Assembly: GCA_965644295.1 (NCBI GenBank) | Contig: CBFFRP010000423.1 | Span: 62,001-126,000 of the forward strand | DNA length: 64,000 bases | Origin: Paraphysomonas bandaiensis | Lineage: Eukaryota > Protista > Chrysophyceae | Reading direction: 5' to 3' | Shown: positions 37,601 through 50,617 of the stretch, piece by piece | How positions within the stretch are numbered: position 1 is the first letter of the stretch | Layout: each line of letters opens with the position of its first letter | Made by a program: the position numbers and the translations under genes | The notes under the pieces: generated by a model | The model's database searches: none | Seen by the model: only the letters and a program-made list of their open reading frames with translations | What the model was told of the DNA's origin: nothing

Positions 37601-40600
37601 TGTTAAGATCGTTAAAGGAATGTCGTTACACTAGATGGATGACTATTTAGTAAAAAGTTGAAAACAAGCCAACATAGTAGCGGATGTGGAGGAGAATTGT
37701 TCAACATTGTTATCATAGAACCAAGGCACATCAAAACTATCCTCCTTCTCTCCTCCACATCCGCTACCATATTGGTGATGTTTTCAACATTTTTACTTGT
37801 TAAGATCGTTAAAGGAATGTCGTTACACTAGATGGATGACTATTTAGTAAAAAGTTGAAAACAAGCCAACATAGTAGCGGATGTGGAGGAGAATTGTTCA
37901 ACATTGTTATCATAGAACCAAGGCACATCAAAACTATCCTCCTTCTCTCCTCCACATCCGCTACCATATTGGTGATGTTTTCAACATTTTTACTTGTTAA
38001 GATCGTTAAAGGAATGTCGTTACACTAGATGGATGACTATTTAGTAAAAAGTTGAAAACAAGCCAACATAGTAGCGGATGTGGAGGAGAATTGTTCAACA
38101 TTGTTATCATAGAACCAAGGCACATCAAAACTATCCTCCTTCTCTCCTCCACATCCGCTACCATATTGGTGATGTTTTCAACATTTTTACTTGTTAAGAT
38201 CGTTAAAGGAATGTCGTTACACTAGATGGATGACTATTTAGTAAAAAGTTGAAAACAAGCCAACATAGTAGCGGATGTGGAGGAGAATTGTTCAACATTG
38301 TTATCATAGAACCAAGGCACATCAAAACTATCCTCCTTCTCTCCTCCACATCCGCTACCATATTGGTGATGTTTTCAACATTTTTACTTGTTAAGATCGT
38401 TAAAGGAATGTCGTTACACTAGATGGATGACTATTTAGTAAAAAGTTGAAAACAAGCCAACATAGTAGCGGATGTGGAGGAGAATTGTTCAACATTGTTA
38501 TCATAGAACCAAGGCACATCAAAACTATCCTCCTTCTCTCCTCCACATCCGCTACCATATTGGTGATGTTTTCAACATTTTTACTTGTTAAGATCGTTAA
38601 AGGAATGTCGTTACACTAGATGGATGACTATTTAGTAAAAAGTTGAAAACAAGCCAACATAGTAGCGGATGTGGAGGAGAATTGTTCAACATTGTTATCA
38701 TAGAACCAAGGCACATCAAAACTATCCTCCTTCTCTCCTCCACATCCGCTACCATATTGGTGATGTTTTCAACATTTTTACTTGTTAAGATCGTTAAAGG
38801 AATGTCGTTACACTAGATGGATGACTATTTAGTAAAAAGTTGAAAACAAGCCAACATAGTAGCGGATGTGGAGGAGAATTGTTCAACATTGTTATCATAG
38901 AACCAAGGCACATCAAAACTATCCTCCTTCTCTCCTCCACATCCGCTACCATATTGGTGATGTTTTCAACATTTTTACTTGTTAAGATCGTTAAAGGAAT
39001 GTCGTTACACTAGATGGATGACTATTTAGTAAAAAGTTGAAAACAAGCCAACATAGTAGCGGATGTGGAGGAGAATTGTTCAACATTGTTATCATAGAAC
39101 CAAGGCACATCAAAACTATCCTCATTCTCTCCTCCACATCCGCTACCATATTGGTGATGTTTTCAACATTTTTACTTGTTAAGATCGTTAAAGGAATGTC
39201 GTTACACTAGATGGATGACTATTTAGTAAAAAGTTGAAAACAAGCCAACATAGTAGCGGATGTGGAGGAGAATTGTTCAACATTGTTATCATAGAACCAA
39301 GGCACATCAAAACTATCCTCCTTCTCTCCTCCACATCCGCTACCATATTGGTGATGTTTTCAACATTTTTACTTGTTAAGATCGTTAAAGGAATGTCGTT
39401 ACACTAGATGGATGACTATTTAGTAAAAAGTTGAAAACAAGCCAACATAGTAGCGGATGTGGAGGAGAATTGTTCAACATTGTTATCATAGATCCAAGGC
39501 ACATCAAAACTATCCTCCTTCTCTCCTCCACATCCGCTACCATATTGGTGTTGTTTTCAACATTTTTACTTGTTAAGATCGTTAAAGGAATGTCGTTACA
39601 CTAGATGGATGACTATTTATTAGTAAAAAGTTGAAAACAAGCCAACATAGTAGCGGATGTGGAGGAGAATTGTTCAACATTGTTATCATAGAACCAAGGC
39701 ACATCAAAACTATCCTCCTTCTCTCCTCCACATCCGCTACCATATTGGTGATGTTTTCAACATTTTTACTTGTTAAGATCGTTAAAGGAATGTCGTTACA
39801 CTAGATGGATGACTATTTAGTAAAAAGTTGAAAACAAGCCAACATAGTAGCGGATGTGGAGGAGAATTGTTCAACATTGTTATCATAGAACCAAGGCACA
39901 TCAAAACTATCCTCCTTCTCTCCTCCACATCCGCTACCATATTGGTGTTGTTTTCAACATTTTTACTTGTTAAGATCGTTAAAGGAATGTCGTTACACTA
40001 GATGGATGACTATTTAGTAAAAAGTTGAAAACAAGCCAACATGGTAGCGGATGTGGAGGAGAATTGTTCAACATTGTTATCATAGAACCAAGGCACATCA
40101 AAACTATCCTCATTCTCTCCTCCACATCCGCTACCATATTGGTGATGTTTTCAACATTTTTACTTGTTAAGATCGTTAAAGGAATGTCGTTACACTAGAT
40201 GGATGACTATTTAGTAAAAAGTTGAAAACAAGCCAACATAGTAGCGGATGTGGAGGAGAATTGTTCAACATTGTTATCATAGAACCAAGGCACATCAAAA
40301 CTATCCTCCTTCTCTCCTCCACATCCGCTACCATATTGGTGATGTTTTCAACATTTTTACTTGTTAAGATCGTTAAAGGAATGTCGTTACACTAGATGGA
40401 TGACTATTTAGTAAAAAGTTGAAAACAAGCCAACATAGTAGCGGATGTGGAGGAGAATTGTTCAACATTGTTATCATAGAACCAAGGCACATCAAAACTA
40501 TCCTCCTTCTCTCCTCCACATCCGCTACCATATTGGTGATGTTTTCAACATTTTTACTTGTTAAGATCGTTAAAGGAATGTCGTTACACTAGATGGATGA

Positions 40601-42118
40601 CTATTTAGTAAAAAGTTGAAAACAAGCCAACATAGTAGCGGATGTGGAGGAGAATTGTTCAACATTGTTATCATAGAACCAAGGCACATCAAAACTATCC
40701 TCCTTCTCTCCTCCACATCCGCTACCATATTGGTGATGTTTTCAACATTTTTACTTGTTAAGATCGTTAAAGGAATGTCGTTACACTAGATGGATGACTA
40801 TTTAGTAAAAAGTTGAAAACAAGCCAACATAGTAGCGGATGTGGAGGAGAATTGTTCAACATTGTTATCATAGAACCAAGGCACATCAAAACTATCCTCC
40901 TTCTCTCCTCCACATCCGCTACCATATTGGTGATGTTTTCAACATTTTTACTTGTTAAGATCGTTAAAGGAATGTCGTTACACTAGATGGATGACTATTT
41001 AGTAAAAAGTTGAAAACAAGCCAACATAGTAGCGGATGTGGAGGAGAATTGTTCAACATTGTTATCATAGAACCAAGGCACATCAAAACTATCCTCCTTC
41101 TCTCCTCCACATCCGCTACCATATTGGTGTTGTTTTCAACATTTTTACTTGTTAAGATCGTTAAAGGAATGTCGTTACACTAGATGGATGACTATTTATT
41201 AGTAAAAAGTTGAAAACAAGCCAACATAGTAGCGGATGTGGAGGAGAATTGTTCAACATTGTTATCATAGAACCAAGATGAGGATTGACAACATTGTTAT
41301 CATAGAACCAAGGCACATCAAAACTATCCTCCTTCTCTCCTCCACATCCGCTACCATATTGGTGTTGTTTTCAACATTTTTACTTGTTAAGATCGTTAAA
41401 GGAATGTCGTTACACTAGATGGATGACTATTTAGTAAAAAGTTGAAAACAAGCCAACATAGTAGCGGATGTGGAGGAGAATTGTTCAACATTGTTATCAT
41501 AGAACCAAGGCACATTGGAGGAGAATTGTTCAACATTGTTATCATAGAACCAAGGCACATCAAAACTATCCTCCTTCTCTCCTCCACATCCGCTACCATA
41601 TTGGTGATGTTTTCAACATTTTTACTTGTTAAGATCGTTAAAGGAATGTCGTTACACTAGATGGATGACTATTTATTAGTAAAAAGTTGAAAACAAGCCA
41701 ACATAGTAGCGGATGTGGAGGAGAATTGTTCAACATTGTTATCATAGAACCAAGGCACATCAAAACTATCCTCCTTCTCTCCTCCACATCCGCTACCATA
41801 TTGGTGATGTTTTCAACATTTTTACTTGTTAAGATCGTTAAAGGAATGTCGTTACACTAGATGGATGACTATTTAGTAAAAAGTTGAAAACAAGCCAACA
41901 TAGTAGCGGATGTGGAGGAGAATTGTTCAACATTGTTATCATAGAACCAAGGCACATCAAAACTATCCTCATTCTCTCCTCCACATCCGCTACCATATTG
42001 GTGATGTTTTCAACATTTTTACTTGTTAAGATCGTTAAAGGAATGTCGTTACACTAGATGGATGACTATTTAGTAAAAAGTTGAAAACAAGCCAGCATAG
42101 TAGCGGATGTGGAGGAGA
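31538..42118. repeat. Tandem array of about 53 near-identical 197-bp units, each containing a ~47-bp inverted repeat
   Basis: Period 197 (GATCGTTAAA at 32041 and 34011 = 10 units). Arms TCTCCTCCACATCCGCTACCATATTGGTGATGTTTTCAACATTTTTACT and AGTAAAAAGTTGAAAACAAGCCAACATAGTAGCGGATGTGGAGGAGA. Confidence 0.98.
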
Positions 42119-42539
42119 GCTGCATCCATACCTTTCCCTGAATGTAAGCATTATTGCCAGTGCAATTGTTGAGCAGGCAGTGGCTAAAATTCAAGCGTTG
42201 ACAGGAAATGAGAGAAGAGCAGTTAGACATCTGCAACTGGATTCATCCATTGATTTTGGTGATTTGACAGAAATAACGAGGACGACAGTGAAGGAAGTGA
42301 TTTTGCACAGTGTGTTCTGGACAGCGCCGAGGTCACCAAGAGAGCTCGACTTGGTACCTATGAGTCCAACTACCGCTGCTTGCTTCATATTGAAGCACAA
42401 TCTAATGTTGTTGAGAGGCTTCTTTAGTCGTGCAAAGTTTATAATCACACCTGAACGTAGAAACACGAATCTATATCGTTTAGAATCGTTGCTATTCCTA
42501 CGGACGAATTACATGTTGTGGGATGCTTACCCTCCATGA
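42119..42539 (+). pseudogene. hAT-like transposase C-terminal (dimerisation domain) relic
   Basis: YLSLNVSIIASAIVEQAVAKIQ..LT..E..AV and FFSRAKFIITPERRNTNLYRLESLLFLRTNYMLWD match the hAT ERxFS..R..L..LLFL..N..W pattern; internally deleted. Confidence 0.65.
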
Positions 42540-43142
42540 AGCGCTGCAAGAAGATCCTGATGTGCCAGTAGAGAGCGAGAAGTAGTTAAAATTCGTAGTT
42601 TGCTATTTAACTAAAAATTAGTAGTTAAGGGAGCACAGCACTATCTATTATATGAGTGGTGCTATCTACTTTAAGTTAGTAGGCATTAATGGCGGTTATA
42701 ATTGCCGGGAATTGGACTACCAGTAATGGTTACCAGGCCCTGGATTCTTATATTATTATTGCTTATTGCATAGGCTATTATGAATTGTCATGTAAACTGC
42801 AGAACACATCAACAACATAATTTTATACTTATTTCATGTATACCTGAATTAATTCAGTTAATTCTTACGCACCCCTATGGGAAACATAGGTATTCCGTAT
42901 TCCAACAAGTACTAGTTAGTTCACTTGTTTTGCTGCAATAGATCTGACTCTTACACGACTATTGCTAATAATCAGACATTCACTACTAGAGAGATGACTA
43001 TTATTGAATATAGACAGTCCTGCGTTGTCGTGTAAAACATAGAAACAAAATAAAAACTATATCTTATCATTATTACTACATAAAAGCCGAACGCGTCCTA
43101 ATGATGGTAAATGAATATGTAAGTAAATCGTCCTCAGATCAC

Positions 43143-46100
43143 CTAATCTGTCGTACCAATTTTACTCCCCTGACCAACCGTCGCGCTACTGCACAGCAAC
43201 TTTTCAACTACACGTTTCAGTATTGTTGCAATATCTTTGCGGCGATATTCAGTCTGCTTGGATACAGAGCACCACACCTCACCGTGATGGGGTTCAGCGG
43301 CAACACACCGCTGGAGTACATCCTCCGCTAAATTGGAGCTGCCATCTCCTGTTGATTCGGCAGCATGTCGTAGCTCAAATGCATAGTAAAAGGCCCATGC
43401 GTCACCATAATCGGGATCTAGTGTAACGGCTCTGGTGAACCACTTTCTAGCCTTCGCAATCTTGTGGTCTTTATCGAAAAGTCTGGCAACTGAGACGATG
43501 ACATGCGGGTTGTTATCACATCGTTTCAGAGCATCCACAGACTTGGACTTCTGCTGCGACTTTTGGCACGTCAGTACCTCCTCAGCCCAGAGCACACCTG
43601 AGTTCGGGCACTCCTGCAATGCGCGTGCCATGAGGTTCTCAGCAAGCTTTGCGTTGTTGTGTCTGCGTTCCAGTCGTATGGCCTCCAGCCAAAGGTGCTC
43701 ATTCTTTGGTAACTTGAGCTTGGCAAGTTCTAGCACTGAACGTGCCTTGCTTACTCCTTGCATCTTCTCACACAGTCGAGTGGTCAAAATAGCAAGAACG
43801 TACGATTCAGGACACTGCTTCATACCCATTTGGAAATAGCTTTTCGCCCTGGGAAGGTCACAGAGAACCTCGTCACACGCTTGACCGGCCATCATGTAGT
43901 ACTTTGCAAACGTCGGATATCTAGTCAACGCTTCGTCCAGTATTTTGAGCTCTGCCTCAATATCCCCTACTTCTCTCTCCAATAATGCCGCTTTCATCCA
44001 TACGCGTTCTGTAGACGCATTCTCACGTGCTTTCGCGAGAAGACTACGTGCACGAGCTATCTCATTATTTTCCCACTCTAACTTCACTGCAGCAAGCCAT
44101 ATCTGTTCCGAATTAGGATTGGCATCGAATGCTTCTATGAGAATAGCTCGAGCTGAAGGTACATCTCCGGCCATCCATTTTTCCTTGGCCGCCATCAACC
44201 ATAGATGTTCTGCCTGCGGGCAGTGTTTTACTGCTTCTTTGAGCACCTCCTCCAATCGCTCTGGGGTTCCATGCTCTTTCTCAAGCAGCGCCGCATCCAT
44301 CCATACTCCTTTTTTGTTCGGGAATTCCGCCATGCACTGTGCATAAATTGCTCGAGCAGTCTCCACAGCCACATTCCCCGGTGGGCGACTGAGACAGGCC
44401 TCGGCATCATCCAGCCATCGGTGCCTCAGGTCCTCCTCCTCCACTCCCAGATGTATCGTATGGCGCACAATAGCAGCACACGTCAATGGTGACCCTGCAA
44501 ACTCCGCCGCCTCAGCTTCCTTTAGCCACTGGTCACGATCAATGACCACTTGATATTGTGACAGTGATGATAACGCTTTCTCTATGATGCGATTCACTAC
44601 TTCTCCAGATGCACCATGGGCCTCTTCGAGCTTAGCAGCCGTAATCCATATAGCCGGTTCAGTTGGGATCGCCTCGCGCGCGGTATTCAGTACCTTCCTA
44701 GCATTCTCATACGTTTCAAGTCGTGCCAAAGCTAACCACATATCGACCGAATGAGGAACACACTCCACAGCTCTGGCAAGCATGATACGTGCATCCTCTA
44801 CTCCCTCCAACTCGATCGCGGTCTTCCATAGCTTCACTGAGTTCGGAACAAATTCGAGTGCCCGCCGTAATACAACCTTCTTTTGAGCATCAGACGTCTC
44901 TAAATCCGCTGCGCGCAACCAAAGTTTAACAGAGCTCGGTATATGACGCACAGCTGTAGCAAGGATAGTACGTGCATTTTCCGGAGTGTGCAAACGAGCA
45001 GCTTCCAACCACACATCCTCAGAGTCGGGGCTGGCCTCACATCCCTGTCGAATAATTTTACGTGCCTGTACAACTTTGCCTGCAAACTCCTCTACTCTGG
45101 CTGCAGCTATCCATCCAGGGCCATGCTTGGGATTAGTGGACGTCACAGATGACAAGAGCGTGCGTGCTTTCTGGATGTCTCCTACCTCAGCATCACTGGT
45201 TATACGAAGACTGTTGAGATCTGTCAAATAGCCCTTCGGGTCAACAACCGTTTGTCCTAAAACGAGAAAATCACTACATATTTCAGAACGCATTGTAAAC
45301 TTACCACTAACAGAGTCTGACATTTTGTCCAGCTTCAAAGACAGCACTGTACCTCTTGCCTCAGCCATACCCATGCCAGATACAGTAGAGGTTGCTCCCG
45401 ACAAGGGATCGTCACCAACCACTGTTTGAGTCATGCCAGCATTACCAACCTGGCTCGCGGCACCTTGCAAGATATAGTCGGGCAGAGGTGTGAATACCTC
45501 GTTACGCTTGCGTTGCTTTAGCTTCAGACTATGGTCACCCACATCAGGGATCATATCCCACTGCTCTGACGTAACAGTTGCCAAGTCGCGTTTCAAGTCT
45601 GCGAATTGATCGGCAATTTTGGGCCGCTCTCCACGGTTTTTCTTTAAGTCATCAAGCATTTGTAGTTCTCTGCGCCTTTTGCGTCTGCTGTCCATTCTCT
45701 CATCGACGGCCTCGTAAATTCTATCCGCCTCCTGATCATCCTCCTCGTACGGCACGCCACGGCTGAATAGGGTCTCCCCATAACCCGAAAACTCGTCATA
45801 ATTACTTTCACTATAATCCCCTCTATCCTGTTCTTGTTGCATCTGACGACCACTGAGCTCTCCCTGATCACGAGCCAGTTCCCCCATTCCTCTTCCTCTA
45901 CCCGCCACATACCCCACAGGTGCTGCACCAAACTGTGGTTCCTCTACCACCGGTCGTGCTGGACCAATATCAGATCGTGTAGTAAACCCTATCCAAGAGA
46001 GAGAGTGAGATACGATCCCATCATATAACAATATACATAACTATATATTACAAATCTATAAAATTATTAATAAAAAACATTAAAAATATCACTAAAAATA

Positions 46101-46273
46101 ACATAAAAATCACTAAAAATCCCATAAAATCCTTATAAAGTTATTGTCAATATATATCCATATATATACATACATACATACATACCTTGAGCTCCTCTTC
46201 CTGCCCCTGCTATATAATGAGATGGTGGAGGAGCATTGTATGTATTAGCTGACTTCGGTCCAATGCCACTCAT
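43143..46273 (-). CDS. PRPF6: Pre-mRNA splicing factor PRP6 (U5 102K, HAT/TPR repeats); introns 45989-46185 and 45257-45304
   Basis: PPPSHYIAGAGRGAQG|FTTRSDIGPAR; DSVSG|QTVVDPKGYLTDL; NPKHGPGWIAAARVEE; EPHHGEVWCSVSK. Confidence 0.97.
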
Positions 46274-46569
46274 ATTCTGTATTGTTAATAAAATCTATAT
46301 ATACAATGAGTGATGCACCAATGTGATATATATGGTATGTAGAGTGTATATATATAGTAATGTAGAGTGATATGAGGGAGCGACTGTGTATATATATACA
46401 TGTGTATATATATGGAGAGATGATATGATGGTCTGCTGGAGACTAGAAAACCATGGTTTTCAAGAGGTAGATGTAGTTTTTATAAAGAAACAAGGTTTTA
46501 TTGAGAATGTTCTCCACACTTCCAAACCTTTTATACAGCAATACCAGTACCACGTACATACAGTACATG

Positions 46570-46866
46570 CATACATACATACATACATACATACATACAT
46601 ACATACATACATACATACATACATACATACATACATACATACATACATACATACATACATACATACATACATACATACATACATACATACATACATACAT
46701 AATACATACATACATACATACATACATACATACATACATACATACATACATACATACATACATACATACATACATACATACATACATACATACATACATA
46801 CATACATACATACATACATACATACATACATACATACATACATACATACATACATACATACATACA

Positions 46867-46900
<34 letters not shown>

Positions 46901-47018
46901 CATACATACATACATACATACATACATACATACATACATACATACATACATACATACATACATACATACATACATACATACATACATACATACATACATA
47001 CATACATACATACATACA
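46570..47018. repeat. (CATA)n microsatellite between divergent PRP6 and UEV genes
   Basis: Read directly. Confidence 0.99.
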
Positions 47019-47096
47019 TGTCTATATGTTCATTATTCTCTCAGTGGTTTGAGATATTTAACAGAGGTTCAAACTAATATTTCCTACCATCCTACC

Positions 47097-47624
47097 ATGT
47101 CAGTTGTCGTTCCAAGGAACTTTAAGCTTCTTGAAGAGGTGAGTTCAAGTGTATAATCATACATACACACACATAACTATATATTAATATGTAACACAGC
47201 TGGAGGCTAGTGAGAAAGGTACAGGTGATATGAGTATTAGTATGGGGCTGGTTGATCCTGACGATATCTTTCTAACGGAATGGAACGCATCTATATTGGG
47301 ACCTGGAGTAGTAAGAGTCTCATATATATAACACTATTACAACTAATTATATATATACAGTCACCATTTGATGGTCAACTTTATGAGTTGAGAGTTACAT
47401 GTGGGGATGATTATCCACAGCGTCCTCCTGTGGTCCGCTTTGTTACTCGTATTAATCTGACATGTGTGGATCAGAGAACGGGAATGGTTACTTCGGAATT
47501 GCCTGCCATTGCTAATTGGAATAGAAGCATGAGTATTGAGAGTGTACTTGTTGCAATCAAGAATTTAATGACATCTCCTCAGAATCGTCGCCTTCCTCAG
47601 CCTGCTGAAGGGTCTAGATTTTAG
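47097..47624 (+). CDS. MMS2: Ubiquitin-conjugating enzyme E2 variant (UEV1/MMS2), 3 exons
   Basis: MSVVVPRNFKLLEE|LEASEKG..ISMGL..DDIFLTEWNASILGP..|YELRVTCGDDYP..PPVVRFVTRINLTCV..LPQPAEGSRF. Confidence 0.93.
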
Positions 47625-48739
47625 ATCGTTATAAGACAATAGTACACTCAACTCATTCATCTATTGGTTTACTAATGAAAATTACATTTGCGATTTGTTT
47701 CTTATGCTGCAAAGTATGTGTGTAATTTTCAGTGCCAACGTGCCCCGCTACAATTTTGTTTAGCGATCTTTCTCCCAAGGGAGATCGCGAACGAGTTTAG
47801 CATTTCTACTTAATAGTTAATGGGGCAAACCATATATAAAAACCACGATATGATATCTCTCGTGGGATAGGTATGGGATTTGTTGCGTGCCAACTGAAAA
47901 ACCTGTAGCACAGATACTCAGATACTACAATGGTTGGACACTGCCGTTGAATCTGCAAAGAGATATTTTGCATATAGGCGTTAAAATTCGCATTTATAGT
48001 GAGCAGAGTTTACCTGTTGGTGACAAAGACAAAGCTAATGGTGGGTAGGATGCAGTGAAAGGGGTTAGCAGTAAGCAGGACTCGTTTGCATTTGGCTGTA
48101 TTTCGCTGTTAATATAATTCCCATCGTAATATCTATGATGTAGCTAGTGATATCAATGATTAGTAGGGAATGTCTGATTACTAGCACTAGGCGTCTAGGC
48201 GTGTGTGTGTCAGAAGTTTTAAACTAATGTAGCATTTCAATTTAACTATAAATAGCGCTTAACTCTGATATTATCCTACAATTTGGCACTACGAAAGCTG
48301 CTTGTGCGTCACCGCAAGCACCTCAAGGCCCAAAGACGTCTATACAAGTGACACTAATTAGTGTCCCTTAAAACCAGAAAAGCATGTGGCTATGAGTGGA
48401 TAGAACAATATCTGCATATCTGCTAACTTCATATGCGGCTCACGTTAGTTTCCCAGAGAAATATCTCTCGTACTTATCCCCCAGAACACCACGAAAAGGT
48501 GCGAGCCCGACTTTGTTGAAGGTACGAGATTGCCATGCTGAGGGGTATCAATGACTACCATGAATTCACAACACGGCTAAACACGAAGTTCATTGTAGTT
48601 GGTGGGCTGTCATTGCGTGGTGGAGAACGAGTGTAATAGCGAACCAACAACAGGTAAAAGAGCAATATTTTAGACGAAGTGGGGATAAAATATGAATTAC
48701 ACTTAACAAAAGTAAGATATAGTATTTACTTAGAGCAAC

Positions 48740-50617
48740 CTAATTGCTCTTGAACGAATTACATGAATGAACATCCAACAGAAGAGACACATTACACACC
48801 TTAACAACATCATTTTTATACAATTGTAAACAAGGGACTTCCACGTGACGATCAATTTCTTTTCTAAATTTTAGGATTTCCCTTCCCGTAAGGGAACCAG
48901 ATGCGAATGGCAACTCTGAATTCGTCGCATCAAATAAAGAAAAAGTGACGTTACATCTCTCCGACAAGCCTACGTTAGGCACTCTCATAGTTTCTGCCTC
49001 AGATTGGTCGAAACGCCAAATTAGGGTATCTCCTACACACTTCTGTGCATCACTCTGTGTCCTGTACCGCGCCACATCACTACCAACCACAGCGGAAGTT
49101 TCAATACACATGGTTAAGTATACATCATGATTCTCACACTCGAGGTTATTCATAAAATCGAACAGGGTGGCGGATAATACAGCCAACGAATATCTTGCTG
49201 AACTCTGCTCCTCGAAACTAACAACATCAGAGGTTTCAGTATCCTTTATTTTTTGGTTACTTGTTTTAGCGTCATTGGAATTGCCACCTTTTGGTGGTCG
49301 TACGTCTTCAACTTCCTCCAAAATAGACGCTTTATTTCCTGGCGGTAATTTTTCTTTCTTCGACTTGCTACGTTCTAGCACACACAACCAATATTACGTG
49401 ATATATATACAAAATTTTACACTGTGAACACCTTTTAATACAAATGGCTGTACGTCATCAGGTCCGGGTGGTGCGGGCAGTTTTCCAGGAGCAACAGACT
49501 CATCCAGTTTCGATTCTGGTGGCGTAGATGGTCTACTCCTAGACGACCGAGTAGTGCCCTTCGCACAGGGTCCATTTGCATCCCGATTATCAATTGGCAT
49601 ATCTTCCCTTACTTCTTCTGATTCATTCAGGGTTGGGAGTGTTCCAACACCACCTTCAACATCGGCCGCAGCCATAATTCGATTTATCGCCTCCTGCTCT
49701 CGTTTCGCTGCCAGCCGACGGCGCTTCTCCTCTTTGTCTTGTGCCATTCGGCGCTCATACTCTTGTTCGTTCTAACAAACATATATTGTTAACCATGCTA
49801 TACTTGAGGTACGAATACTATAATACAAACATGAATATACAAAAAGGGGGAAATACCTGTTTAAGAGTATTTAACGCTTTAAGGAAAAGCTCTTCCTCTC
49901 TAATATTTGTCGCGCGCTCAATTCCCTCTAAATTCTCGTCATATGGAGCAACCTGTTGGGCCTTATAGGCACGATAGAATAGTACTCCAGACACGATTAC
50001 AACGATACCAATTCCGCTGGCGACCATTACAGTATCAGGCAAGGCTACGCCACAGACAATACATCCAACAATTAGTACCCCAAAAGCCCATTTCAAGTAA
50101 TAATTGCGCTTTGCTTCTGCAGCTTCAACTACTTGGAACAATTCAGCCTTGTATTTCGCCCGTCGATTAGCTTCAATTTCCTTTATTTCTGCTTCAGCTG
50201 CTTTACGAGCATTAGATTTCAGTTGATGCATAACATTTTCTTTTTCTCTTCTTTCTATTTCTTTTTTCTTTTGTCGTGCACGTACTTTACGTATAACTTC
50301 AGCTTCACGAGCTGCTTGTATTTCATATTCTTCAGTACGTATAGCTAACCATTTCTTGACATGTTTAAGTATTTCATCATTCCCTTAAAAAACAAAACAA
50401 AAAATCCTTTATTTTTTAATATAAATATAGAGATATTTATACCATCTTTCCATATTTTAACTTTTGATTCAGCTGATGCTTTTGATAAGACACTATGCAT
50501 ACCTTGTAATTGTGCTAAGTTTAATGTTTCAATCCTTTCTTCAATTTCTGATACAAATTGTGTCCCATATTTATCTTCACTTAAACATTGTTTAATAAAT
50601 TGTGATAATGATGCCAT
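48740..50617 (-). CDS. Hypothetical membrane protein: coiled coil, 2 TMs, C-terminal C2-like domain, 4 exons
   Basis: Four ORF segments joined by GT-AG introns; two hydrophobic helices; beta-rich C-terminus (RYRT..LIW..VTFSLFD..FASGSL..VSLLLDV). The C2 call is by pattern only. Confidence 0.6.

Noticed and set aside
31410-41660. Short ORFs within array units (e.g. MWRRIVQHCYHRTK..., MKTSQHSSGCGGE...)
   Set aside because: They arise only at irregular junctions; regular units have stops, so a coding function is unsupported.
31538-42118. CRISPR array interpretation of the 197-bp array
   Set aside because: The segments between repeats are identical rather than unique spacers, there are no cas genes, and the context is eukaryotic.
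47763-47790. Small GC hairpin GCGATCT..CTCCC-AA-GGGAGATCGC as a Helitron 3' end
   Set aside because: No clear CTRR terminus and no second copy in the window.
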